From contig CM082582.2 of NCBI GenBank assembly GCA_040954595.2, positions 12,917,777 through 12,981,776 of the forward strand: 64,000 nt of DNA, read 5' to 3'. Position numbers and translations under genes: made by a program. Below, one piece after another: positions 26,901-41,900 of the stretch; within the stretch, counting starts at the first letter, position 1; each line of letters starts with the position of its first letter. The notes below the pieces were generated by a model. It was not told the DNA's origin. It made no database searches and was given only the letters and a program-made list of their open reading frames with translations. This DNA is from Balanoglossus misakiensis. Taxonomy: Eukaryota; Animalia; Hemichordata.

Positions 26901-29900
26901 TGTGTGTTGAAAAAACCTCACAGTACAATGGGTGTGAAATTGGTATTTGTGTTGAATTGCTTGGAATCCAGACACTCTTGCTTCGAGAGCTGATAGTGTA
27001 TCAGGAAATTTTCAATCATCATGTATATCCAGATTTACTTCCAAAATATGGCAGCATTTTAGGGCACATGATGTGTCATGTCTGTGTGTAAGTAATAATC
27101 GGCCTAGAACTGCTTCCAAAAATGGCAGCTTTTCTGGCCACTTGCTGTGTTATGAGATGACTGCATGTACCTTTTGTTTGAAAATGTGAAGGGTTAATGT
27201 ATAAGCTTGAACAATAAAGCATTGTATTTCTGTGCTCTAACAGAAATACATGATGTTGTTCAGGCTTAACTCCTCCACATTCCTTCGTCTGATGTTGGAT
27301 GCACTTGATTTGAGACTAAAAGTCTAATGTCTTTACTGCAGCTTATAAAATGCTTTGCATGAAAGAATGTCACAAATGTCTCAGGTTCTGCCCATTCTTT
27401 TCGCTGCTTGGCTATTTGTGGTTACTTTGCTTGAGATATATGTCACATTTCTGTAATCATTGTCTACCAGCAGTCTGTCTTGTTCATCATTTCATTGTTT
27501 TTCACTCTCTTGATGTGTTGTTTAATAATTTCATGACTGTGTGTGAGTAGGATTGAACGCATGCACCAACCATAACTGTCAGAATGGAGGATTTTGTGAA
27601 GCCCTGCCTGACTCCTGTACCGACTACACCTGTCGATGTGTTGGATGTTACGTCGGACAATTCTGTGATATACGTAAGTCTTGATTTAAATATTTGATAT
27701 CAAATTATGTCAGATGCACTCAGGCACAGTTACCGGTACGTGGGTATTCAAAATTCCAGCTGACGGGCAACGTGGTGCAGACGACGACAGTGCAGACAAA
27801 ATGCCAAGATGCTGATGAAACTTCAATAGGGCCCACCATTTGAGCAAGTACACTTGTTTCTATAGATTAATGAATACAAAGTCTTTCAGTTTGTTTCTAC
27901 TGATGTCTTACAGTATACTACTTGTTTAGAATTATTGACATCATGTTTGTTGTTTGGTTTCAGTACAAGATCCATGTCAAGACAACCCCTGTCAGAGTGG
28001 TGGTACTTGCACTCCAACTTCATGTTCAACGTATTTCTGTCTGTGCCCGACTTGTTTCACTGGGGATAACTGTGAAGTTGGTATGTGGAATTTAGTCTGT
28101 CATCAATCTGTCTTGTCATCTGTCTTTTGATCCAGATTGCCAGTCTTTGCCAACTTGTCTTATGAAGCCAGTCTGATATGAGCTTCATCATTTGAATATG
28201 ATTATATTTACATTTATGAAAAGACTGTTTAGAAAAGGAAGTCTAGAGTAGTCTTGTCAAATCATTCAGCTGTGTATTGTCCTTCCAGAACGGATCAGAA
28301 CATACTGAAAAAAATTGTAAAAATTCAGTTATTCATATTTATTCACTTTTTGGGCATTATCCTATTAATGATGCATGTTCTTCCTAGCATTAACATAGTT
28401 GTTTATTCTCTTCAGCCATCAGTGCGTGTGCCAGTCACCAGTGTCAGAATGGAGCCACATGTCAGGGATTGGATGGATCCTGCACTGCTTACACCTGTTC
28501 ATGTGCTGGTTGTTACGTTGGCCAGTTTTGTACTACGCGTAAGTTCACCCTTTAATGACAGCTTGATCATGTCACTGTGTCACACCTATATCTTCCCAGT
28601 CTTCTCCAACTCCTATAAATGTCTAATGTTGTTCACCTGTTTTGGTCTTTTTATAGCACTGGATCCTTGCCAGCCCAACCCGTGTGTCAATAATGGATTT
28701 TGTATAGGTGTGACAGGCTCATGCACAGAATTTGTGTGCCAGTGTCCGGAGTGTTACTTTGGTAACAACTGTGAAAATTGTAAGTTCAAACAGTCAATAT
28801 TGTTAACTTTTGTAAGTCAGCAATGTATCATCAATACTTTCTTCCAAGCAAGGTACAGAAAGTTATGAAACCAGTCTATACAATGGACAAATTCAACATA
28901 TCCCATCCAGTCCTCAGAGGCTATTTTAACAATGTTGAAGTGATGAAGACATTTACGTTTAGCCCAGTTATATCTACTTTGCAACTTCTGAAATATGAAT
29001 AAACAAATACAACTTCAATATGATGAGTATATGACTAATATACATCTTTTTTTTTACTTGACTAGATGTGGATGCTTGTGGGGAACATCAGTGTTTGAAT
29101 GGCGCTGTTTGTGTGGCTGTTGTTGGGTCATGTTCGCAATATACATGTCAGTGTACTGGGTGTTACACCGGACAGTTCTGTGAAGTCTGTAAGTACATAT
29201 ATATTTTTTTCTTCTGAAAGGGTAAAATGTGTGCAGATGTATGTATGTGTAAAAAGTGTGTATGAGTGCAAAGTATATGTGTACTTTATGCTAGTGTTAC
29301 AAAACAAGAATTCTAATGCATAATATGAAATTCAAATAACTGTCAAGTGTTCTTTCAAAATGGATCCATGGATCATTCCAATCGTTTCTTTTTTACAGTA
29401 CAAGATCCATGTGCACCTAACCCTTGCGGCAATGGTGGAGGGTGCCTGACCATCACTGGATCATGTACAGCCTACCAATGTACTTGTCCAAATTGCTACA
29501 TTGGATTCAACTGTGAAACATGTAAGTCTAACTTCTCAGTTATGAATTATTTCAATGCATTTTGGTTAATAAAGCTGTATTGTGTGATTAAGTGATCGTA
29601 TCTTCTTGACTTACATTACAAGATCATTTTATTTATTTTATTTTCAGTGCAAGATCCATGTGCTAATCACTTTTGTCAAAATGGAGGCACCTGTGTTGGT
29701 GTTGAAGACTCTTGTACTCAATACACCTGTACTTGCCCAGCCTGTTACACTGGAACTTACTGCACAGTTTGTAAGTATAGATATCATTCTCAGCTTGATG
29801 AGTCAACATTGAATAGTAAGACAGATTTGACTTTAGTTTTCTCTGGCATTTCAATTTGGCTAATACTTACAATGTTTTGTACCCCTTTTTCGGTAGTGGT

Positions 29901-32900
29901 GAATCCTTGTCAGAATAACCAGTGCCAGAACAATGCTTTCTGTGTTCCTGTCTCTGGATCTTGCACTGACTACACATGCACCTGTATCGGATGTTTTGAG
30001 GGTCAATTCTGTCAAACACGTAGGTATTCCTTCATTATTAAAATGAACTTCTGTCAAGTTTTCATTGAAATGTCTGAATGTCTAGAGTCAGTTCTTCATT
30101 AGGACAATTTCCTGTCATTATTTGCGTCAGAAGAATTGATCTGATGTGAAAGATAAGTTACGCCATCAGTATGTTAAATATTAATGTACACAGACATCAT
30201 ACAATATATGTTCTAAAATAGTACACATGATTTCAACATACACTCTATTTTAATTCTGCGTGTTCTCTTATTCCTGAAGCACAAAACCCATGCGATGGTA
30301 ATCTCTGTCAAAATGGTGCTGCCTGCGTAGCTATCCCCAATTCATGTTCAGGATACACATGCCAGTGTCTAACTTGCTACACTGGGCAGTACTGCCAGAT
30401 CTGTAAGTATCACCAACAACATCATAATAAATAAATAAATGATCTTCTTATTGTCTGAGTGTTAGGGGTTTCATCTATTGAGTTTTAGGAATTTTTAAAA
30501 GAAATTAATTGCTTGCTTGCTTGATTGATTGATTGATTGATTGAGTGACGGACTGACTGATTGATATATTAATTGATTGTTTGATAGAAAAAATTAGCAC
30601 GTTACCCCTGATTGTTGTATTTCAAAGAGACTACATGTACATTGTGTAGCAAACACTTGTTTTAGTTTAAGACTATTAGGCATCTTTAACCTTGATTTCA
30701 ATTCTGTTTCCACTTACAGTGCAAGATCCTTGTGCCAATGATTTCTGTCAGAATGGGGCCACTTGTGTTGCAGTCCAGAATTCCTGTGTTGAGTACACTT
30801 GTTCATGTCCAACTTGTTACACAGGAACATATTGTACAATCTGTAAGTACCCACTTTCTATAGAGTCAATTTTTATGAATGAAATTACATGCAGTTCACT
30901 GCAGAATCTGACATTTACTTGATCTGTGGTCTACCGGGGTATTTATCAAATTGATAAGCTTGTTTGCATTTTAGTACAACTGTAGTATATATGTTACAGC
31001 ATTTCTGTCTACATCAATCTTTTTCTCGAAGCAGCATTATCCATGTATTTCACACACATCAATGCACTTGCAATTTATAGAAAAAAACTTCTCTTTCTAT
31101 TCTACTCAGTACTGAATGCTTGTGATAATCACCTCTGTCAGAATAATGGTGGATGCATCCCGGTTGTCGACTCCTGTACGGAATACACCTGTCAGTGTCC
31201 TGGTTGCTACGTTGGTCAGTTCTGTGAAACCTGTAAGTATTTTAAAAAAATCTCTTATCATTAACTTGAGATGCCAAGATTTTCTTCAGTGCCATTTATG
31301 TGCTGTATCATTCCTTAGGAACAAACATATCCAGAGCAATGAAATTGTCATCTGAATAGTCTGATGAAAGTATGATGTTTTTGTTAATTGTACCAGTGAC
31401 TGAAAATAATTGATACTTTTATTTCTACATACAGTTTTGAATCCCTGTGATAACAGCCAGTGTCAGAATGGAGGCGCTTGCATTCAAGTCAGTGGTTCAT
31501 GTACAGCATACACCTGTCAATGTACTGGATGTTACAGTGGAGAATTCTGCACGATTTGTAAGTATCATCTTCTGACTGTATGTAGTAGAATCCTAGCTCT
31601 AAATCTTTTTTTGTCATGATGATGCTTGAAGGATGGAATAATATATATATAATGATGAAACTTTTTTTGCAGTGTCTGATCCTTGCCAACCGAATCCGTG
31701 TGGAAATGGTGGAACCTGTAATGGAATTCCAGGATCTTGCACTGGATACCAGTGTGCTTGTCAAGGCTGTTACTTTGGACTTACTTGTGAAAACTGTGAG
31801 TATGATTTTTGCTTTATTTTGATTCATTGAACAATCAATTGAATGAAAGGATGAGTAAGTTAGAGAGAGATTGTACTAATTAAAATATTTTATTTGCCTT
31901 TTTTAACAGTGCGGGATCCATGTTCCAATCACTTCTGTCAAAACGGAGGTACATGTGTTGGTGTTCAGGGATCCTGTACGGAATACACTTGTCAGTGTAC
32001 GGAGTGTTATGAAGGACGGTACTGCACTACACGTGAGTATCTCAAGCGTTCCCTCACAAAGGCATTCTAGAAACATCTATGGAATTCTATAGAACTTCTA
32101 TCGAGCTTTTATAGAATTTTTATAGAATTTCAATGGACACTGATAGATTTCAGTGTAGTTTGGACGCTCGAAACATCAAGCTTTAGAATGCTATAGAACT
32201 GTATAGAAATTGTTGTTGTGAGAGTCAATTTATATTCCTGGGATTTGTACTTGCATGGAATACCCTTGAATTTGACACCATTTTATTGAATAATATATCT
32301 CTGTTTTACTCCCTTCAGCTAAAAATCCCTGTCTGACTCATGAGTGTCAGAACAATGCCTTCTGTCTGCCTGTCGTGGGATCATGTTTAGATTACACATG
32401 CTCGTGTAATGGATGTTTCTCAGGACAATACTGTGATATACGTAAGTTAATACCAATAATATTTACAGTGACAGTTAGAGATTGTTGAATAACTCGTAAT
32501 GTGAAATGAAATACATTAACCCAGACAAGTTAATAGTATATTAATACATCTATGGTTAATAGTTTAGAAATGTGCTGTCATTACATTTTGTAATTGTATA
32601 CAATTTGTTAACACTATAACAATGTTTTTGTTGTTGTTTTATTTGCAGCAATCATTGCATGCGATAATAACCAGTGTCTGAACGGTGCTACCTGCGAAAA
32701 TGTACCAGGATCATGTTCTTCCTACAATTGTATCTGTGCTGGCTGTTACACTGGCCAGTACTGTCAAACATGTAAGTCTTGCAAATAACAAACAATGATT
32801 TCCTATTGTCAAAACCTATCAATTTTTATTTTCACTAAATTGTGATAAATTCTTTGTTTATATTTTGTGGTTTTTATCATTTACATTTTGAAAGGTGTAT

Positions 32901-35900
32901 GTTTGTGTGCCAGTGCCAACCTTTTGACAAATTTCCTTGTTTCCACTAAACTTTCTCTTACAGTACTGGATCCATGTTCCAATCATTTCTGTCAGAACGG
33001 TGGACAATGTGCACCTGAACCAAACTCTTGTACCCAGTATTCTTGTACATGTCCTGGATGTTACACAGGCCTATATTGCCAAACTTGTAAGTACAGAGTT
33101 GCTTTCATCTCGAACATGTCTTAATTTTTTCAATAACCGGAAATGTGTTGTGTAACATTGTATGGTAAAGCTGTCTGAACCAAACCCTGTGTAATCTGGA
33201 AACCTGTCTATACCGAACACCCTTTCCAGGCCATTCCACATAGAATTGTCAATTGAAAACAAACTATGACAGATGTTGTTTTTGATCAAAATGGTTTTGA
33301 ACAAACTGAAAGTGATGACGTTTTGTGTAATTTTGTATAAAGTTTAAGTCGTCTCTTCATTAAAATTTGTCCTTCTGTTTGATTTTCAGTGCAAAACCCG
33401 TGTCAGAACAGTGCATGTCAGAATGGTGGTCTTTGTGTTCCACAAGATGGCTCCTGCTCGGAATACACTTGTCAATGTAGTGGATGTTACACTGGCCAGT
33501 TCTGTACAGTCCGTAAGTATTCAAACTGACAAAGTGACATCGTTTGAGTTGTTCCATCTGAGGAGGTCTTCTGCTTGCTGGGACATTTTGAATCGTTAGT
33601 TATGAAAACTTTCATCATTTTATGTTTAAATTGAGGGTTTGCATTCTTGCCATATATATTAATTTCAATCCTTTGAAGTATTCATGTTTGTTGTGTATCT
33701 GTTTCGGCCACAGTATTGGACCCATGTGATAATCATCAATGTCAAAACAACGCTATCTGTGTTGCTGTGACCGGGTCTTGTACGGACTATACATGCAATT
33801 GTATAGGTTGTTTCACTGGCGAATTCTGTCAGACACGTAAGTTATGTACTGCTTTTTTTAGCTTGACAAAGTCAGAAGTGAACTTTAGTAGGTGAAGGAT
33901 TGATTTCATCATCATTGTTTTGAACCTCTATAGTAGCTAGTAAAATGTGCAGGTTGTTAAGAGAATAGTTTTGCATATTCCATGAAAGTCACACACAAAG
34001 CACTGAAAGGCTGTTTCATATATGAAACATGCACCTTTATTGTCATGTTTTTGCTTTTTACATTCTATTTTTAATAAACTTTTGTATTTATTTTTTGACA
34101 GCTACTGATGCATGCGACAATAACCAGTGTCAGAATGGCGGTATCTGTCAGGCCATCCCAGGATCCTGCACCTTATACCAGTGTAATTGTGTTGGGTGTT
34201 TCAGTGGACAATTCTGTACAGTTGGTAAGTCTTTTTATATGCGGTGCATACAATTGCTTTATACAATTGAACCAGTGCATTTTGATAGTTTTGATAGTCA
34301 GTGTGATACCCTCCAATATTCACACTTTTCTGTCATTTTATTACAGCGTTGGATCCATGTGAAAACAACTTCTGTCAAAGTGGCGGTACCTGTGTGGGTG
34401 TCCCTGGTTCCTGTTCCGAATACACCTGCCAATGTCCAGGATGTTACACTGGTGTCTACTGTCAAACCTGTGAGTATGTGGATGTGGTGGTGGTTGCTAT
34501 GGAGATGCCACCATTGTTTCCCTGGTTAAAAACTACTTGCTGACGATGCAGACATCCTCTGAGATTGTCACCAGTTGATCTATGGACACAACAGCTATGT
34601 TAGTGTACAGGATTTGATCATGACTAGTGCATTTTTTTTCATGCATGTATTCTGGATCAAATTGTACAGTTATTGTTGAATTTGAGATGTACAGTTATAT
34701 AAACTCTATTTTTTTAAATTTGAAGAACATTTATCTGAGGTACCCTGTACTTTTGTAATATTTTTGCAGTACGAGACCCTTGCCAGAATAATTTCTGTCA
34801 AAATGGTGGTGTTTGTATCGGTGTAACTGGTTCATGTTCTGAGTATACTTGTCAATGTACTGGATGCTATACAGGAGAGTTTTGCACAGTCCGTAAGTAT
34901 ACACCTATCTTATCCATTCCATGTCCATTCATGTCGTGACTTGTATTGAAATAAATTTAGAAGTTTCAGGATAAATTTAGAAGTTTCAAAAATGATTTTG
35001 TATCTTTGTGCTTCAGTTGAAGATCCCTGTGATGGCCACCTTTGTCAGAATAATGGTGCATGTATTGGCCAACCTAATTCCTGTACAGAATATACTTGTC
35101 AGTGCAATGGATGCTTTACAGGGGATTACTGTCAAACAGGTAAGTTGACAATGAATGTAACTGTTGACCAGAGATATACTGTACAGTACTACGAAAGATC
35201 AATATCAAACAAAAAATGTTTAATTAACACAAATAAGTATAAAATACAAGTTATATCATTATTTGGCTCCCCATTAGTAACTGTGACTTTTTGATCATCT
35301 TGAAAAGAATGTAGTAACTACACCCTTCAAACATAATTATCATAATACAATAATGTGTTTTAATAATCACAGTGCTTAATTAAAATTACAGCACCATGAT
35401 GATACTGTTGTGTGTTAGAATTTACATCAAATCCATCACACATGGCAAAATTTCTAGTACCTTAATAATACACACACTCTTACACACACACATGCACGTA
35501 CGCACGCATGCACGCACAGACACACACATACCGGTACATACATACATAAACAGACAGACACTCAGACAAATTGAAGAAAAAAAGAACAAGCTTATGCTTC
35601 ACAAGCAGCATTTTATAAAATCTCAATAATTCTAAGCAAGCTTGGATTTTTTTCAAATGCACATGATTTGCTCAGAAAATGCTTGAGGTATGCATATTGT
35701 TTGAAAGTAGTGGCAACAACAGAATCAGATGTATTGCAATCAAACCATTCTGAATTTATAAGAAGATAATGTTTATAACAAGTAAAGATCTAATATTTTG
35801 AGCAAGTGATGGTGTAACCACCATTACTTTAGCAGAAAGTGTGGATAATTTTAATAAAAAGTATGCATAGTATTTTTTTTCTGATATTTATTATTTTTTA

Positions 35901-38900
35901 TACCTTTTGAACTAATATTTCTGATCTCTATTTCAGTAACTGTTCTGTTCATATTCAACAGGCACAAAAGGACATAGTCAACAACCATAACATCAGCTTT
36001 GTTATTTTTTATGTTTCATAAAGTGTTGCATGAATGCTGTTATATGTTAGTCATGTAATGTTAGCTTGAGTTCATGCCACCTTTTATATGCACGCAAACT
36101 GTATATTCTGCTCACAAGAATTGCGCCACTTGAGGTTATTTACTAGCATGGCACTTGTGTTCTTGGTTTTCAATTTGACTTTCTGTCTTTTGACTCTGTG
36201 CCTCTGAGTTGGATTTCTCTCGATATGTGGTCTTGCTGCAGCAGATTATCTCCTTGTATTCTGCGTGAAAACTAGTACAGATTTTATGTAAGGTATTGCA
36301 GGTCTAATGAAATGAGTTTGCTGAATGAAAAAAAAAAAAAACATAATTGCATTATCGATAATGAAGCAGAAAAAAGTCACAGTGTCTGATAAAGTGACAT
36401 ATTTTTTATCCGTTCAGATATCAACCTGATGAAAAACCAATGGCACAAAACATCACTCATTAAATTTAGAATCATTTTAGAACTTCTTTGTGAACCACTA
36501 TATTACATTTGACAGCAAACAAATCAAGTCGTAAAACAATTGTGTATTTTGATGATAAATTTGAATCCATCTGGTGAATTTTGTTGTCCAAAGGAGTTTT
36601 CATCAGGTGTCCTAAAATAATGTGTTGGAATGATCCGTTGTTGAAATGATGCATTTTGAGGAAGATCCTGTTTTGTTACCATGGTGAAAACTCAGCAAAC
36701 TGCATTTATTAAGAGACTTGCACAGCCTTATAACTGTTACAATTCATTTGATTAATTCTGGTTTGTATGTTTATTTTCCGACCTTAACCAGCAATCAGTG
36801 CATGTGCAAACCATAACTGCCAGAATAATGGTGGTTGCGTACCTGTACCTGGGTCCTGTACTGCATATACTTGTCAATGTACTGGCTGCTTTACTGGACA
36901 ATTTTGTACCATTGGTAAGTAGCAATTAAAACATTCAATTAACCCTTTTGCCCCATGTCCCTTTTCTGAGGCCTTAATTTACCGTAGAAAACAATGGATA
37001 TGGACCAAACCATAGTAGTGAAACGATTAAAAAGGAACTTTGCACTCTGTTTTAGAGTAAATATTGCAAAATGTGGTTTACAAGTTGTTTGAATATACAC
37101 TGCTTCATTCCAGAGATGGCCAATTATTTCAAAACTGATTATCAACTGTCAGGATGTTAACAGCACAATCCTTAAATATTGAACTTATTCATTCATGGAA
37201 AATTTCACAAATGTATGATTGTACACCTTGAAATATGTGAGAGATATCACTTTTTTTCTGTTTTATACTGTAGCGTTGGATCCATGCTCGACGAACTTCT
37301 GTCAAAATGGTGGTACCTGTGTGGGTGTGCCTGGATCCTGTACGGATTACACATGTCAGTGCTCAACTTGTTATACTGGTGATTACTGCACCGCAGGTAA
37401 GTTTTTATGTTTTTTATTCGGCTGGTAGATTGTTATCGTTTCTTTTAGCTTGATTTTGAGAATTACATACCGGTAGATGTTGAGATGCAACTCACTCTCA
37501 ACAAGCTCATACATATTCTTATAATCATCTCTGAAAGATGTTTTATTTCATCTACACACGTTTTATTTCTCAGTGATCGATCCCTGCCAAAGTAACCAGT
37601 GTCAGAATGGTGGTATCTGTGTTCCTGTACCAAATTCTTGCACACAATACACATGTCAGTGTAGTGGCTGTTATGCTGGAGAGTTCTGTCAAATTTGTAA
37701 GTACCAGTACTACATGCATGTCAATCTTTCCCATAGTACAATCTATCCATATTACCAAACAGTGTAGATATGTCATATTGAACAAAATGTGTATGTACAT
37801 TCATAGACAATGGAGACTAAACATTGCTTTGAGTGCCTAATTATATATTCATCAAAACCATCACATGTGAATGACAAATGCAAAAATAGGCTGATGATAC
37901 ATGTATATGGTATTTACTGTTGCGTTACTTTTTTGTAATATCAAAACAATGCACACACCAACTCATTTTTTACGGTTTATGTTTTATGCTTCATTGGATA
38001 TACTAAACTAATAAGCATCAAAACTGTTCTTATCAATATTCATTTTCTTTTGTGTCATTTTCCCCCCAAAAGACCAAGATCCGTGTAATAACAACCCATG
38101 TCAAAATGGTGGTGCCTGCTCTTCATTTGGTACAAATTGTTTTCAATATAGTTGTCAGTGTGTGGGCTGCTACGTTGGACAACAATGCACAACATGTAAG
38201 ATTTCTTTCACAAATTTAAGATTTGCCAGTTTGCTCTCAGTTAATGTAATATATGACTGAAAAAAATCGTCATTTGAGCGTTTTTATGATGGTGCTGTCA
38301 TGAACAGCACCTCCAAGTGACCAGAGTGATGTACTCCCATTGATTTGTATAATTCTCTTCCAGTGCAAGATCCATGCGCCAATCATTTCTGTCAGAACGG
38401 TGGTACCTGCAATCCAACATCTTGTACCCAATACTCATGTCAGTGCCCAGCATGCTTTACAGGACAGTATTGCACAACACGTGAGTACAGTTTCAATAAA
38501 TAAAGTGCTTGAAGTTACAGAATATAGTTGAACATTGTAAAACTCTCAAAATGTAACTATGAGTTGTACTCTGTAACCCTTTCACCCCGGTTCCAATCTT
38601 ACCATATAGGAAACAATGAGTTTGGACTGAACCATGGTGGTGAAAGTGATTTTGAATATACATGTACACTGACATTAAACTTTCCATTATTGTATTCCAG
38701 CCATCAACCCATGTACTGTTAGTAATCAATGTCAGAATGGTGCAGCATGCATACCTGTGTCTGGATCATGCACTGAATACTCATGTCAATGTACTGGATG
38801 TTTCTCTGGACAGTACTGTACAGTCCGTAAGTCTACCGTAATTTTGAATGTTTTTGGAATGAATTTTATCACAACTACATCCATCCAATATGTTGCTATA

Positions 38901-41900
38901 TGTGAAAAATAAAGTTAAAATGTAAAACACAGGTTTGCCAGTGATAGCTTTTGATTCTATTTCACATTCTCGTCTTCCTCCACAGTTTTAGACCAATGTC
39001 AACCAAACCCTTGCGTAAATAATGGTGCATGCAGAGCCATTCAAGGGTCTTGCACTGCGTTTCAGTGTAATTGCCCACAATGTTACACTGGACTCAACTG
39101 CCAAACTGGTAAGTAACACGCTGAATGTTATCCAATGATGTGATGTGTATTATAAGATGGGCCCATTAACTTCTGATGTTTGTATCTCAGTTGAAGTTTT
39201 CATGTTCAATGAACATATTTCAGTTATGTTTTATAATGTATGGTTTCATATACAGAGTTGAATGCTTGCAACAATCACTTCTGTCAGAATGGAGGAACAT
39301 GTGTGCAGACACCAGGATCTTGTACTGAATACACTTGTGTTTGTCCAGAGTGTTACACAGGCACATACTGTACCCAAGGTAAAAATCATGCCACATTCAT
39401 GTCTTTTGGTTGTATGCCCCTTGATGATACCTTTGGTAATTAGCATCGTGTCGAACATTATTTTCTGTCTGAGTCTGGCCGGACAGAGGACAACTCAAGT
39501 TGGCAACTGGCCCAATAGTAGACGAAGTCTTTTATACATTGATTCACCATTTAAATTCTAATGCCATTCTTTACTTTTCTAACAGCAATCAACCCATGCG
39601 CGAACCACCAGTGTCAGAATGGAGCTGGCTGCATCCCTGTGGCTAACTCATGCACAGAATATACCTGTTCGTGCCCTGCATGCTACATCGGAATTTACTG
39701 TCAAACATGTGAGTAGTATGCTGTACTATACAAATAATAAAATCCTAAACTTTCTAAACGTCAAGTGTGTTCAACACAAAAAGCTTGATATGAAAAGAAA
39801 AACGTGAAAAAAAGGAGTAATAGATAAAAATGGTTATCTTCTCTTCATTGTCATCTGTTGGTGTTTGTTTTACAGTCCAAGATCCTTGTCAAAATAACCA
39901 ATGCCAGAATGGAGGTCAGTGTGTGGCTATACCAGGATCATGTACTCTCTACACTTGCACATGCCCTGGATGCTACACAGGAACTTACTGCGAGACATGT
40001 AAGTTAATAACCTATGCTAGCAATAGACCATAGTCCATTTACTACAAGAATGATCATTTTATTCATTTCATCTAAATATTACAAAACAGATTGACAGTGA
40101 CAGTCACAGATAGCAACTTCTCACAATCGTGCAAGTCGCACTTTTGGTAACAGATTGTCTTCCGAGGTACATGTACATATCTCCCCTTTGATACAAACTT
40201 CAATTTTCATAAACGTTGTTTTGAATTCATCTGCATATCATTCCTTTGATTCTTGTCTTATAGTGAGGAATCCGTGTGAGAATAACTTCTGTCAGAATGG
40301 AGCAACTTGCATCGGCGTTCAAGATTCTTGTACAGAATACACTTGCCAATGCTCTGGTTGCTACACTGGAACATACTGTACTACTTGTAAGTCAGTCACA
40401 GTCTTGTTTTTAACTTGCAATGGCCATATAAGTGACATGGAAACTTTTCTTCCTGTTATACTGACTTTTTGTTAATAGAAGGTTTACAGAAGAATCCTCA
40501 ATGTTTATTTTCGTAGTGTTGAATGCTTGTACCAACAACTTCTGTCAAAATGGAGCTGCTTGCATCTCTGTGACCGGCTCATGTACGGAATATACCTGTC
40601 AATGTACAGGTTGCTATACTGGGACATACTGTACAACATGTAAGTGAATTGGTAATGTTGATTTGATGTGCTTTTGAAAAAGAAATGGCTACTTATTGAT
40701 CATTCGGCATGAAATAAGTGGAAAGGATCATTGAAGCAATAGTCTTGATGTAATTTAATTCATGGTTTTGACAGTAAATTGTCAATGTTTTTACCCCAAC
40801 TTTTTGGTTTACTGATCCATTGTTTCAATATTTTTGGTTTTGTATAGTGTTGAATCCATGCACAAACCATCAATGTCAGAACAACGCTGGGTGCATCCCC
40901 ACACAAGGGTCATGTACAGATTACACATGTCAGTGTCGCAATTGTTACATTGGACAGTTTTGTGAAACATGTAAGTAATTCATTGATTCATTCGTGCATT
41001 TGTTCGTTCATTCATTCATTCATTCATTCATTCATTCATATTCCAATGACCGAAGCCTCTGTATGATTTTGATTCTACTGCCTTCAGCTGCAGCTACATC
41101 TAAGGAAAGGTTTACATAGTAGATATCTAATGACTGACTGCTGTTTGTAAACAAATATTTTTGACTTGTGTATTGCAGTCCAGGATGCTTGCACCAACCA
41201 TAATTGTCAGAACGGTGGAGTGTGTTCAGCTTTCCCAGGATCCTGTACCTCATATCAGTGTCAATGTGCAGACTGTTACACAGGACAGTTCTGTGAGACT
41301 CGTAAGTATTGTACCAATACTGCATCTATCCAAATGGGTGTGTGTCCAACCTGTATGCGAAATACTGTAAAACAGGAATTTTTCGCAAACGATATATTTA
41401 CGCGATCTTCGCGAGAACCAAAAAGATACGTATAAAAAGTCGCATAAAAATGTATTTCGAGATAATGATGCAGTTAGTGAAATACTAGAACTTGAGCTGT
41501 TTTGATGTCCAGTACAAATGCTGAAGAGATGATTTGTGTCATCTTTCTCTGCAGTTAGAGATCCTTGCGCAAATAATTTCTGCCAGAATGGTGCCACATG
41601 CATTGCTGTTTCCGGATCTTGTACGGAATACACCTGTCAATGCACGGAATGTTTTACCGGACAGTACTGCTTCACACGTAAGTATATGGCAGTGCATTTT
41701 GTATGCATACATGATTCTGTGGCTAAATGGTGGTAAAGGTTGTAGACTCATAGTGAATTTGAGTCAGTAACAAGGTTTATTACCTTCCTCAGAATGTTAA
41801 AGCAATCATGTGACACTTTCCCCTTTTTTTCTCTCCCCCTCTAGGTGTAGATGCGTGCTTGAATAACCAGTGTCAGAATGGTGGTTTTTGTATTGCTTCC

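Noticed and set aside
35140-36791. Longest intron in the mid array as a possible gene boundary or nested gene
   Set aside because: No stop-containing terminal exon, new signal peptide or convincing ORF; the flanking exons join in frame and both are 8-Cys.
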